Part shown: piece after piece, positions 26,501 through 39,100 of the stretch | Layout: every line of letters starts with the position of its first letter | Numbering within the stretch: the stretch's first letter is position 1 | NCBI GenBank assembly: GCA_964035545.1 | Contig: OZ037772.1 | Span: 9,293,150 to 9,357,149 of the forward strand | Reading direction: 5' to 3' | Source: Bugula neritina | Lineage: Eukaryota > Animalia > Bryozoa | DNA: 64,000 bases | Notes under the pieces: model-generated | Seen by the model: only the letters and a program-made list of their open reading frames with translations | Database searches by the model: none | What the model was told of the DNA's origin: nothing | Position numbers and translations under genes: made by a program

Positions 26501-29500
26501 ACCTCACCCACTTCTCAAGAACCCAGCTGCCCTTTTTATACTACTTCTTCAGGCTTCCCTGGCCACTCAACTTTTCTTGGAGTACTACCACACTTTACTA
26601 ACTGCTGGAATTAGTTATAAAACTTCCCCCTCCCCCCTCCCGTACTTGGGTTACTATCACAGACCGCGGACTTGCACACAGGTGTGCTAACCATTACACA
26701 CCACAACTGCTTGGTTATCGCTACACTACAGAGCAAGAATGTAATGACACACACTATGGTCTTAGCAGGTTCTGCTAATATTGAGAAAAGTTAACTGAAT
26801 TTACAGTAGAAAAATTCTGCAAATGTTTATTTTCATGGTTTTTTTTCTTATTTTAATCTTTAGAAGTTATTTTTTGTTGCATTTCTTATATTCAACTATC
26901 ATATACAATAAAATCCACATTACTATACTCTCATACTGGTTAGAAGTTATGACAAGTTAGTTCAGAGTGATCAGTAATAATTTTTGCAGAAGCTTATTTC
27001 CAACAAAAATTAGAGCAGCATGGAACATTTATAAGTTCAGCTTTGAATATAACTTAGTTCAGCATTGAGCATATCTAAGATCATCATTGAACAGAAATAA
27101 GATCATCATTAAACATATATAATATCACTATTGAGCATAAATAAGATCACCATTAAATATATATAAGTTCACCATTGAACATATATAATATCACTATTGA
27201 ACATAAATAAGATCACTATTAAACATATATAATATCACTATTGAGCATAAATAAGATCACCATTGAAAATATATAAGATCACCATTGAACATAATTTGGC
27301 CCATTGTGATAAATACAAAGAATCAACTTCACAACTCTTTATATCAACATTGATCTAACATACTATTCACTGTGAACAGTACCTGACACTAATTTCTATT
27401 CACTGCTGGTCAATTTAGGGATCCAAAAAACGAGAGGTTTTAGTTGTCAGCTTATGTTCACTCTAACACTAATATTTCTCTCTGTGTAGTTATATAGTAA
27501 CATAACTTAAGTGAAAAGCAAAAAACTGTTCACAAGGAAATACAAATTCTTATTTGGGCTATCTTTGCTTCTTACACACTTACATATAATAATTTTTCTT
27601 ATAATGAACAAAGTTTTAATTCTTTAATAATCATTTTACTATTACTATTATTAGCAGCACCTTGGGAAGAGACAACATATATCTTCCTCAAGGATCTGAC
27701 TGATACGTAGATGAATCCATTAAAATCTGTACAGAGACTGTATCCACCTTTAAGATCATCACATGTCCAGAATTCAACCAGCTGCTCATTCTCTATTTTT
27801 GCTTTCTGTAAACTACCTCCAGCAACTCCTATCAGACAACCATCTGGCAAAAACTGTAAGCCAGTCGAGTACAACCAATCAGTTCTTTGTGTTTGTTGAG
27901 ATGTGAAGTCATAAATTATCAATTGTTCATCATCTGGATCCTTAACCACAACATATCTGTCAGAGACTGCCATTACTGCGGCTGTATTATTTTTTCTGTT
28001 AAACTGAAACAATTCTTTTCTCTTTTTGATATCACCAGCCAAACACATTTCTACTATGTCTGTGTTATTTACTGCATGCAGTATGAATACATTCTGATGG
28101 TGTTCCACCACCGATGTAACTGTTTTCACATCTGTGCTGCATAAACTCAGCCAATTCCCACCTCTACGGAGGACATATAATCCACCATTTGTACCTACGA
28201 GTAAATCTCCATTTTGTCTATAGCATGCAGACAGACACTGACTAGTTGTCTTATGTTCAGATATGAATGTCAGTGATGATGGAACTGTCACTAGACTCAG
28301 GCCTAGAATTAATGATGCATCTCTTTTATCTGTAATGATGAAATATTATTTATTTTTCCGATGTTGTTGTTTGATTTCCAATTTTTACATTGCTTGAAAA
28401 TATTGCGATGATAATTCATATTATTAAAAAAGTAAAATAACTTATAGCTGAGCAACACCACTTATCAAAATCAATTTATCTGGCATTGGTTGTCCAATTA
28501 ATAATAAGTTTTATACTAACAAAATAATTGCATGACACATATAGTTTAGCTAATATTGCACTAGTAATTGGTGGCATATTACACTTTGAGCATATAAACT
28601 TTAGGGACAAAACTGATTATTTTATTATTATTGTTTATATCCATTCAAGGCGGTGTACATTATTTTATAGTGGTAACACACCTCAAAGAAATTGTAATAC
28701 TCTACTTACATGCCTGGTTTAGAGCTTGAGTTTTACTGATTGTGCATTCATCAAGTTTTATCTTTTGGACTTCCTCTGCGATTCCTTTTTTCTGTTTTAC
28801 TTTCTCAATCACATGACCACTTTGGATCAAATGGTTCAAATCAACTTGTACTTTCTGCAACTTATTTCTATTCAACATCAGGTTGCTGTAACAAATTTCC
28901 ACCTCATTAGTAACTTTTTTCCTGTGACCTATGACCTTTTTCATGAGTTCTTGACTTGTTTCCTTGATTTTCTTTATCTGTTTGAAGTACATCATTATAT
29001 AATATGTTGAAAATTCCCCATTTTTCATTTATATAATATTTCAAAGTGAACATATACCATTCTACTAAAAGTATTTTTTTTAATTTCAAGTTTTAAAACT
29101 GCTCTTAAATGTTTTGGCACAGATATAAGTTTTACAAAAATTCAGGAATTTCGTATCTTGAAATCTTTTAGCTGTTATATCTAAACTGAAAATATTTAAT
29201 TTTAATGCATCAATTGTCTGGTCGAAACCTAATGTTTATGTAGGAATGGTTGTCAGCGTACCCCTTCTTTTCGCAATTTTCGTATTTGCTTTACAAGTTT
29301 TTCACAAGTCTGTTCCTGATCATCCAGTTCTCTCCAAATCCTCTTGTCCAGATCATACATTTCTGTTATCTTTTCTGTTGTAGTCTGAAGTTGAGTCTGT
29401 AGATATGTATTTATCTCATCTTGCAGAGAGGAAAGAGACTTGAAGTTGTGTTGATCTTCATCTACATGGAATATTGAAATAAAAACTAAAATTTTTTTGC

Positions 29501-31235
29501 ATGTTCAATACAGTCTATTTTTATAGTGAAAAATTGAATGCAGTGTAAACCTTTTTGCTCGATATTTTTTTAATTTTGCATAACCTAAAGACAGTAGAAC
29601 TTTTTTGAATTATTGTGTATTATTAGTAGATATTAGTATATATGTACATGGCTATTCTCTAATGATAATATTTCTCTATGATAATATGAAAGACAACACT
29701 AATTCATACCTGTACAGTCAGTGCCGTGAACATCACATTCATTACATATCAATCTGTCACATTTCTTACAAGCTCTAACTAAAATCTCATTGTGCTGTTC
29801 ACACACTGGTTTAGTGTAAGTAGCTGGTGATTGAATGTAGACATCAACGTCAACTTCATAATGAGATTCTCTGTAGAGGGTTTTATGTGCCTGAAACATG
29901 ATGAAAAACTGCTATGCTTTTGTATAGCAAAGATAAACATTTCTTTTTATAGTTATATATGATAACTCAAAACTCGGCGAGCTTAGATTCAAAATGACGT
30001 TTTTGCTGGTATGACCAATTTAGGTGGACAGGAAATTTAACATAACTTAATACTATACTTATAATTTAAAGTTGTGGTTTTCTATAACTTGTTTCTTTCA
30101 TATTATAAATTATAAAAAATTGGAAACTAAAATTAATCGTTATAAAAATTATTTCTTTCTTTTTCTATTATATTATAAATATGTATAGCCATGAAAATAT
30201 ATTGATTTATAATACAGATTGTATGGGTAATTTTTTGTAAAATAAAAAAACAATAATTTAGATTTTCACTATCTACCGCTTGTAATATAAAATATTGAGC
30301 TTTATCTTACACCTTATATGCACGACACAAGTTGCTATAGTCATTTTATACGACATTTAGCTTTTTACTATAACTTTTTTGACATAACATTCTAACATTG
30401 TGTCCCTACATCACTTTTCAGTCATTTTAAAAGGAAATGCTTCAGCATGCTTTATGTATACATTATATAGTCATAGATTGGTAGCTTTTATATTATATAA
30501 TATTGTTTAAAACAAAGACGGACTTGTGTACAGCTGCTTCAAAGTTTGTATAGCCATCATGAATTTGTATTAAAACTATACCTGTAAACCATGCAGTGAC
30601 ATGCAAAGCTTTGCCTTCCATTATATTTAAAAATTATTACCTTTTGATGGTCAGTACAGAATTTGTCTCCACATGTAGTACAAAAGCAAATGGCAACTTG
30701 ACCTTGACATCCATAAGCTGTACAATACAATGTATCCAGGTCAGACTTGCCATCTTCTGTTTCAACTTTTTGCAGTTCTTCAAAGTTGAGGGTTTCATGT
30801 ACTTCTCTGTATAAAAATTGTATTGTGATAATAACCTCGATTCTAAATATTTTAATTTCCTAAAGTGATTACAGAATTTTTTTGTATTCTCCATTTTTTT
30901 AGGCTTTTGATTTGGAACAGCAGAAAAACCTGGTCAAGATGAGATTGTCAGCCACTGACTGATAGAAACTTTTTCTTTCAATCGAATTAGATATGATATT
31001 AGCTGTGAACTATAAAAGTTGCAGATATGTAAACCATCAGCTATCTATAAATATAATTCGCTATAACTCACCCACAAGTAGGGCAGGTCACAGAGCCATG
31101 TTGGTTGTAGTATCCTTCAATACAACTCAAACAGAATACATGCTGACAAGGCAGCTCTCTTGGATCTATCATAGACTCTGTTCTGGATGCACAGAAACCA
31201 CATTCATAGTCTGAGGGTAGGTGTTGGGCAGCCAT
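23509..31235 (-). CDS. TRIM-like gene C: RING/B-box1/B-box2/coiled-coil/beta-propeller E3 ligase
   Basis: Exons 31235-31072, 30806-30641, 29890-29710, 29461-29262, 28977-28710, 28329-27661, 23639-23509; last intron enlarged by a TIR element. Confidence 0.85.
23733..27486. mobile_element. Non-autonomous TIR DNA transposon (18-bp TIRs, TA TSD; possibly CMC/EnSpm-like)
   Basis: Perfect TIR CACAGAGAGAAATATTAG at both ends, TA on both sides, empty site in paralog gene E at 46469-46470, ~22-bp subterminal repeats at 27075-27295, no long ORF. Confidence 0.9.
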
Positions 31236-33116
31236 CTTGGTCAGTTTATGTTGGAAAGATTCTGAGCCTATAACATATAAAATTAATTGCTTTTCATAAT
31301 AAATAGCCAATTGATAGTTGTTAAATTGCTTACTATAGCAAAAACAACAGAATTAAAAATAAAATAAACATGTGGTGCGCCTTGCATTGTAAAGTGGAAA
31401 GTTGATCAAAAAACTCGAAAAAGATTACATCTCTAATAAATTTAGCTATTGTACTTTTAAAGTAGTTATGATGGCAAGTTCTAATTGGTGGCGGAAGTAA
31501 TAGTACACAGCAATTATATGTAGTCTAGATAATAGTATATACTTACTGAGTATAGAAGGGATACCTGTTTAGTGCCTATAATATATAGCAACCACGCTGT
31601 GTGGTATCAACTGGTACAATGAAGAATACGTTTCACAGCTTATTGTAGTAGCTATTGATTACCAATAATTATGTAAGCAAATAATGTGAATTGTGATTTT
31701 AGACTCAGTCCCATTAATTGCTATCTCAAAATGTTTATTACCCCATCAAACATTAAAACAAGCACAGCTGATAAAAAAATCATAATGTATGGTGCTCATG
31801 CTAAAAGGAGAATTCCCAATTTATAAGCTAAGCACAATCACTTAGATGATCAAAGTCAATGGAGTGTCTCAATAGAATATAAGTGATGTATTGAATTGCA
31901 GCACAATGCAAAATATTGATTACAGCTAAACTATATATATATATAGGTTCATTGTGTTTTCACCTATATATGAATAACTTAAAATACACAGCAGGTTATA
32001 GTAAACTAGGCATAAGCTGTACACATTTATTCATCCTTCAGCACACTGTGATGTGAATATATCAATACATATAAGAGCTTTTATTTGTTGAATTTACAAG
32101 AAAGTCGCTGGCCTTTGAAATGGAGTGTCATTGTATACAAGGTTATAATGTGTTAATTTATAAAATTAATGGAAATACTGTTTTTTACTTCTTCTGGCAA
32201 GTGACTAGCATAGTTTATCAATGACAATAACTAGCTTCTTTAAAAGAGCAGGCATGATGTAGTGGTTGGAAAAATAGCTCCGTAAACACAAAGCTAGTAG
32301 GTTCAAATCCAGGTGAAGGCTATTGTGGATGTTAAAAAGGGCATTCAGTTATAATTGTTATTTTCTCACAATAGAAAACAAGTTCTTAACCCACATATTA
32401 TTATGAATGCAGAAAATAGACAATAGCTCAGCATATGCACGGGAGAAAAACAACTATTTCAATTTTCATAGAAATATACAAGACAATTATTTTGCTTATA
32501 ATTGCTATAGAAATGTTTATTTTTAATAAAATATAAAAAGAAAATAATTATACACAATTCAAACCAAAACTAATTGTTATTTTATTATTGACAAATGAAT
32601 ATTCAGGTAGATAAATAGCAGATTACCAACTAAACACAGAGTTAAAGGGTCATATATGTGATGCAAGTTGCCGCGAGACTATAAGCTGATTATATAGGCG
32701 CAGGTTTCAAAACATAAAACTTAGGAAAGCAACAAAGGTACAATACATTCCATTTTTATAAAGCAGGCAAATAAAGAAAATTGAAGCAAATAAAATTGAA
32801 ACAAAATGCTTACAACAAGCATTAATCATGAAATATAAATGACAAATTTTGAACTAGAAAATTGTTTTATGAATAATTCTGTCAGGGTTATATTGAGCAG
32901 ATAACATGAAGTGTCATACATACCTATAGTATCAAAATTAGTTGGGGAAGCAAGTGAAAGCTTGGAATAGCAGCTTGAACTTATAATTTTTCTTTTTGAT
33001 AACTATTTATCTTAACAAAAATGTCCGATAGAAATACATCGTATAGTGTACAAGTATGAAACTGCTAACATAGAGCATACATATTGTGAACTAATGACTA
33101 TTTTCTTACTTTTTCC

Positions 33117-36100
33117 TCATGTTATTATAAAGAAACACAAGTTCTTCTCATTCCAACTAGGTACAGCCATTACTCCATCTCTGATACTTGGTACTCCTGC
33201 AAATCGTGATGGTAGTTTGTCGTGAAAGAGTGTTTGAAGTAACTCACCTGTAAAACATGAAACTTGTTGAATCCACATTTCCAGTTGAACACCATAATAA
33301 ATGTTTGAATGTAAATAAATATTATGATAACATGCTGTATTTATATAATTAAATGATATATACTCAAAAAGTGACAAATTATGCTCATGCAAATTAAAAA
33401 CTTGTTTATAGTTACACATTTTTCTTAAGATGAACAAAATTTTAATATCTGCAATAATCATAAGCATGCAATGTACTTTTACAAGTATACCAATATTATT
33501 AACAGCACCTTGAGAAGAGACAACAAATATCTTCTTTGAGAATCTGGCTGCTATGTAGATGAGTCCATTAAAATCTGTACAGAGACTTTCTCCACCTTCA
33601 ACATCGTTGCATGTCCAGAGTTCAACCAGCTGTTCATTCTCTATTTCATATTTCTGTAATTTACCTTCAACAATTCCTAACAGACAACCATCTGGTAAAA
33701 ACTGTAAGCCAGTTGCGTACAACAAATTAGTTCTCTCTGTTTGTTGAGATGTGAAATCATAAATAATCAACTGGTTAGTCTCTGGATTCCCCACCACAAC
33801 ATATCTGTCAGAGACTGCCATTACTGCTGCTGTGTTACATTTTTTAGGAAACTGAAAGAGCTTTTTTCTCTTTGTGATGTCATCAGCCAAGCACATCTCT
33901 ACCTTCCATGCACCTGGCGTTGCATGTAGTATGAAAACATTCGGATAATGTTCTACCACTGATGTAACTGACTTCACATCTGTGCTGCATGGATTCAGCC
34001 AATACTCACCTCTACGGAGGACAAATACTCCATTACTTGTACCTACTAGTAGATCTCCATTCTGTCTATAGCAAGCAGACATACACTGACTACTTGTCTT
34101 ATGTTCAGATATGAATGTCAGTGAAGATGGAACTGTCACCAGACTCACACCTAGCGAAGGTGCATCTTTTTTATCTGTATAATAGAATAAAATATATTAT
34201 TTATTATTCTAGTGCTGTTATTTAAATTTAAAATTCTTACGTTGCTTGAAAACACAGTGCTACTTTATATAATTATCCAAGTAAAAAAATCATAGCTTAA
34301 CAATTCACAAATATTATTAGAGTAAAGTTATCTGGCATTAGATGTGCTAATATTTATAATGTTTAAAGAGGGTTTTGACAGCTATAGATGCTATCAGCAA
34401 CAGAATAGTTCCACCTACATGCATAATTCAGCTAAGATTGCATTAATACATGTTTTCACAATAAATTTTCAACAAGTAAACTTCAGGAACAAAACTGGTG
34501 ATTTGAAATCTGATTTTTATTTATAAGTAGCCTAAATAGATGATGATATTTGACTTACAAGTCTGACATAGAGCTTGGGGTTTACTGATTGCATATGGAT
34601 CAAATTCTATTTTTCTCAGTTCCTCTGTAATTTCTTTTCTCTGCTTCACTTTCTCAGTCACATGACGATTTTGAATCAAATGATTCAACTTGATTTGAAC
34701 CTTCTGCAACTCATTTCCCTTTATCATCAGGTTGTTGTAGCAAGCTTCTACCTCATTGGTCACTTTTTTCTTGTGACTTATGACCTTTTTCATGAGTTCT
34801 TGACTTTCTTCTTTAACTTTCTTTATCTGTTTGAAGCACAATAGTACATATTAAGTGGAGAATTCCTCATTGATTTTGTTCTTCAAAATTTTTGTAAACC
34901 AAATGCGTAATTTATTACTTGAAGTGTCTTTTAATTTCTAAACTTTTAAAACTGTTTATGAATGTTTTGGCAAAAACTTTTCTTAAGGAACATCCCGGAA
35001 GTTGGCAAGACAAAACTATTTAAACTTCGTCTCTAAAAAAATAATGATTAGAATCTAATTATAAGTTAGGAAATCAATAACTACATTTTTCCTGCTAAAG
35101 AATGATTATGAACTCACCCTTTCTTTCCGCAACTTGCGAATCTGCTTTACAAGTTTTTCACATGTCTGTTCCTGGTCATCCAGTTCTCTCCATATCTTCT
35201 TGTCCAGATCATATACTTCATTTATCTTTTCTGTTGTAGTATTTAGCTGAGTCTGTAGACATGATTTTATCTCCTTTTGCAGAGAGGAAAGAGACTTGAA
35301 GTTGTGTTGATCTTCCTCTATACACAAAGCAATAATATTGCCCTTACACTTTTTCTTGAAAGTTCAATGCAGTCTATCTTAATTTATAGTAAACAAACAC
35401 CGAAATATTTGCTCTATATATTTTGTAGCTATATAATTTGAATATAATCAATTGTTTTAATAAATGTAGACTATACTATAATATTGTAGTGAATTTTGCC
35501 AGTTCACTATATTATGTGTGGGTCAACTTAAACAAAGCCACTACACCAGGTTGCTTACGCTAAAATAAGTTTATTATTTACACGAATACAAGAAGGTTTA
35601 TTTACTGCTAACATAAATAGAAACGATTACATAATTAGTGAGCTTTAATACACAACTACTCTAAATGAAGTCCCAAGCTGCTCTGCCGGCTAGCTACTCA
35701 ACGCACTGCAACTACGAGTAGCTAGCTCCACCTGCTATCAATTAGTGTGTCCGTCCTGGTTGGTGGTTACTAGTGGTGCCACTGCTGTCCATAGCTACAG
35801 GTCGATGCAGTCGAACTGTACAATATAATGTACAGTATAGAGTGGACCTTTTCGATTAATACTAATATGATTGCACCACTAAAATCTATCACACTCTCCT
35901 CACCTATCGAAAAGTACTCTCTATAATTAATATTTACATGACAATGACACACAAGATAACGGTTGAAACTAACATAGGGTTTTACAAAATTAGGGGTACA
36001 CACTAGAACAAGAGAAAAATATATACAGTACAAAATAGTATAAGTAGAATAAAACAAGTCTTTACTCCGTAGTCGTAACACCTATTTACATTAATTAGTC

Positions 36101-39100
36101 TAACGAAAGTGGGGGGGGGGGTGTGTGTGTGTGTGTGTGGCCGCACCTCTATCACTTCTTCGCCAGTCGTCTCTCTAGTCGAGTCTGCAACTTAGCCAGC
36201 TCAGTGGCCGCTCGCTTCTGTTCCTTACTGAGGCGAGCCATACGCCGCTGCACTTTCCTAATGTCAGTTAGTAGGGACTGGTCAGGGTCGCTGTCATCTC
36301 GGGGTGGGTTGCTAACACCCTTTCTCTTCTTGCGAGTGTGTCGGGGTACATAGGAGATCGTCGTTGTTGGGGGGTGTGAGTCATCAGCTACGGTGCGTCC
36401 AGCACGGGTTACAATAACACGTAGGGGTTGAGTAGCTACGTCAGAGGTGTGTGTTGTCGTCGTCTCAGTGGGTTGGGGGTCTGCATCAGAGTCACTCTCT
36501 ACGGTGGGTCGGGTAGCGGGAAAGTGGTCTAGAAGAGTCTGTCGTCGGTCTGGGTCGGTCACGTGAGGTAGTATTACGTCTCTGAACTCGGTGTAGGAGT
36601 CCGCGTCAACTTCATATAAGTGTCCTATGTAGCAGTCTTGAGTTCTCTGATGTCGTAGTATGGTGTCCCTGCAGAAATGGTGGACTCCACAGGGACAGAA
36701 AGTCACAGTGAAATGTTGGGGGACATGTATTTTAAGTCTTTTGGTAGTGGATAGTGTTCGTCTGCACTCAGTACATTGTCTGTTATCGTCTGACCATACC
36801 AGTGCCTGAATCAGTGTACGAGTCCGTCGAGTCGTCCAGTTAGTCCGTTGGAGTAGTGCTTGTGGCAGTGCTAAAGTATTGTCATTGGTTACAGTCAAGT
36901 CAGGTATGTCCAGTTGCATCGCAGTATGTCGGTCGGTGTTTGTCGGGGAGTCCGTCAGTGTTGACAGGTGTATGTCGGACAGCATGTCTACCCCTGCCTC
37001 TGACATGCTGTCCCAGTTGGTCGTTGGTGTGTCGAGTAACGCCTGTATCTCGTCGGATACAGGCCCAGTCTCACCTGCAATAGAGTATTTAAATTCATGT
37101 ATTATCTGAATCACACTCTATGCGTGGGACTCCCGTTCCAAACGATACTGATAATTGAGTCTCACAGTCTGTCACTCACTGATCGTGTAATCAGCTGAGT
37201 CGACCGTCCCACTCTAACTACCAAATATTGTCTGATGTCAGGAGTTTCAACTTTATCATTATGACAAAGTGAGACTGCTGTCGCTACCAGAGTAAATTCT
37301 AATTAATTATTATAGAATTTCTAGTAGACTTACCCCCCAAAACAGTTGCTGCATTAGACATAATGTTGCTGCTGTTTTCTTAGGGCTCGTAGATAGCCAA
37401 ATTGTTTACTGCAAAAGACGTGCTGCCTGTTTGCTGGTTGTAATTGAAAAGAGCGCTCACAGCTAGAGTGGTTATGTAACACCCTATACGCTGTTGAGTT
37501 GGCTACGCTCTGCTAACCCCCGGCTGACCTATTCAATCCGCCACTGGGTCGCATGTTATCAATTACCTCGCTCCCCCAGACTTCTTTGTGAATGTCGACA
37601 TGTTACAGAATACTGGGCATGTCGACCAAGTCACACAAGAAGTCTCTTAAATAAGATGGTGGCGCCCTGGTACGTTGGCTACGGTCAAACGGTACCGGGG
37701 AGTTTGCTGCGACTGGCGACTCTTCCACTACGAGTGGTGTCGCCAGTACGGGGGGGCCCACCAGTACGGGTGGTCCTCCCCCAGCTGCCTCTTCCTCATG
37801 ATTTTGAGGAATTTCCATCTCATCCGGGACGATGGGCCTGTCGACCGGCTCCACAGGTGATGGGGCCGGCTCTGACAGGTCTTTTGGCGTGTCGGCCTCC
37901 TCCTCCTGGGGTGGAGGAGGCTGGGGCTGGTCGGGCGGCGCATCAGCCGCCCCGTCCTGGTCTGGCAGTATCTCCTCAATCTCTCGATACGCCATGCCTC
38001 GCCCCCTCATAGGAGGGCGTCTAGCAGGCTCTAAGAGAGGAGGTGCTTGACCTGCCGCATCAGGACTCGCCCAGTGAGGTTTTAGCCGTGCCTCGTTCTG
38101 GATCGACACTTGTCCAGACCGTTCCACTTTATAGGTGTGATTTGGCATTACCTCAATTACGCAGTAGGGACCTACGAAATTTGGCTGCAACTTGGCCGCC
38201 TGTCCGCGCCGTCGGCGATGACTGGTCATCCAGACCCAGTCTCCCACCTTGTATAAGGGGGGGTCGTCAGCGTCACCACTTCTGACCTGCCACTGCTGCT
38301 CACATAGCACCTCGTGAGCCGTCCCCATGCGTTTTACGAGCTTGTCCACGTAATCGTGGACATTGCTCTCGGAAGTCGGAACATGATAGGCTACGTGCTC
38401 AGGAACCCTGGTTTCTCTCCCCAGCATGAGAAAATTAGGGGTCTCCAGTGTACTGGAGTGAGGGGTACTACGGTACGCTCGCATGATCTGCGGCAACACC
38501 AAGTCCCGCTCTTCCTGGCTCCTACCGATAAGCAGGCTTCTCAAAGAGTCCCCTAGCATTCGGTTGTTCCGCTCCACAACCCCGTTCCCTTGCGGGTGAT
38601 ACGGGGTCGTCCAACTCTGGTTTACCCCCCACACTCTACAGAGATCGCTCATAAGTTGCGACTGAAACTGGGCGCCTTGATCAGAGTGTATCTGCTCCGG
38701 CAAGCCGAAATAGCAGAACACATGCTGGTCCAAGGCTCTGGCCACCGAGGGGGCCGATGCATCTGGAATAGCCAGTGCATCAGCCCACCGCGTGAAATGG
38801 TCAGTTAATACCAGTATCCAGTTATTACCTCTCGCTGTTGTGGGCATGGGGCCTACCAGATCGACAGCAACTACCTGCCACGGCCGACCGGCATGGAGGC
38901 GACGCCTCCCTGCGGTCTCAGTGGGGCGGCCATGCTTGCTAGCTTGGCACACCTCGCACTTCCGCACCCGGAGTCGGACATCCCGGGTCATACCGGGCCA
39001 AAACCACTGGAGTTGAAGACACCTAGTCACCCGGCTAGCTCCTGCGTGAGCTTGCTTGTGGGTGTCCCAGATCAACTCCCGCCTCAGAGCGAACGGACAG

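Noticed and set aside
33248-33508. 343-aa ORF reading through the last intron of gene D
   Set aside because: The intron has canonical splice sites, and the homologous introns in C, E and F contain early stops; most likely a chance open frame.
36152-37114. ORF3 as a retroviral-type env
   Set aside because: No signal peptide, fusion peptide or transmembrane segment; it has zinc-finger and NLS-like features instead.
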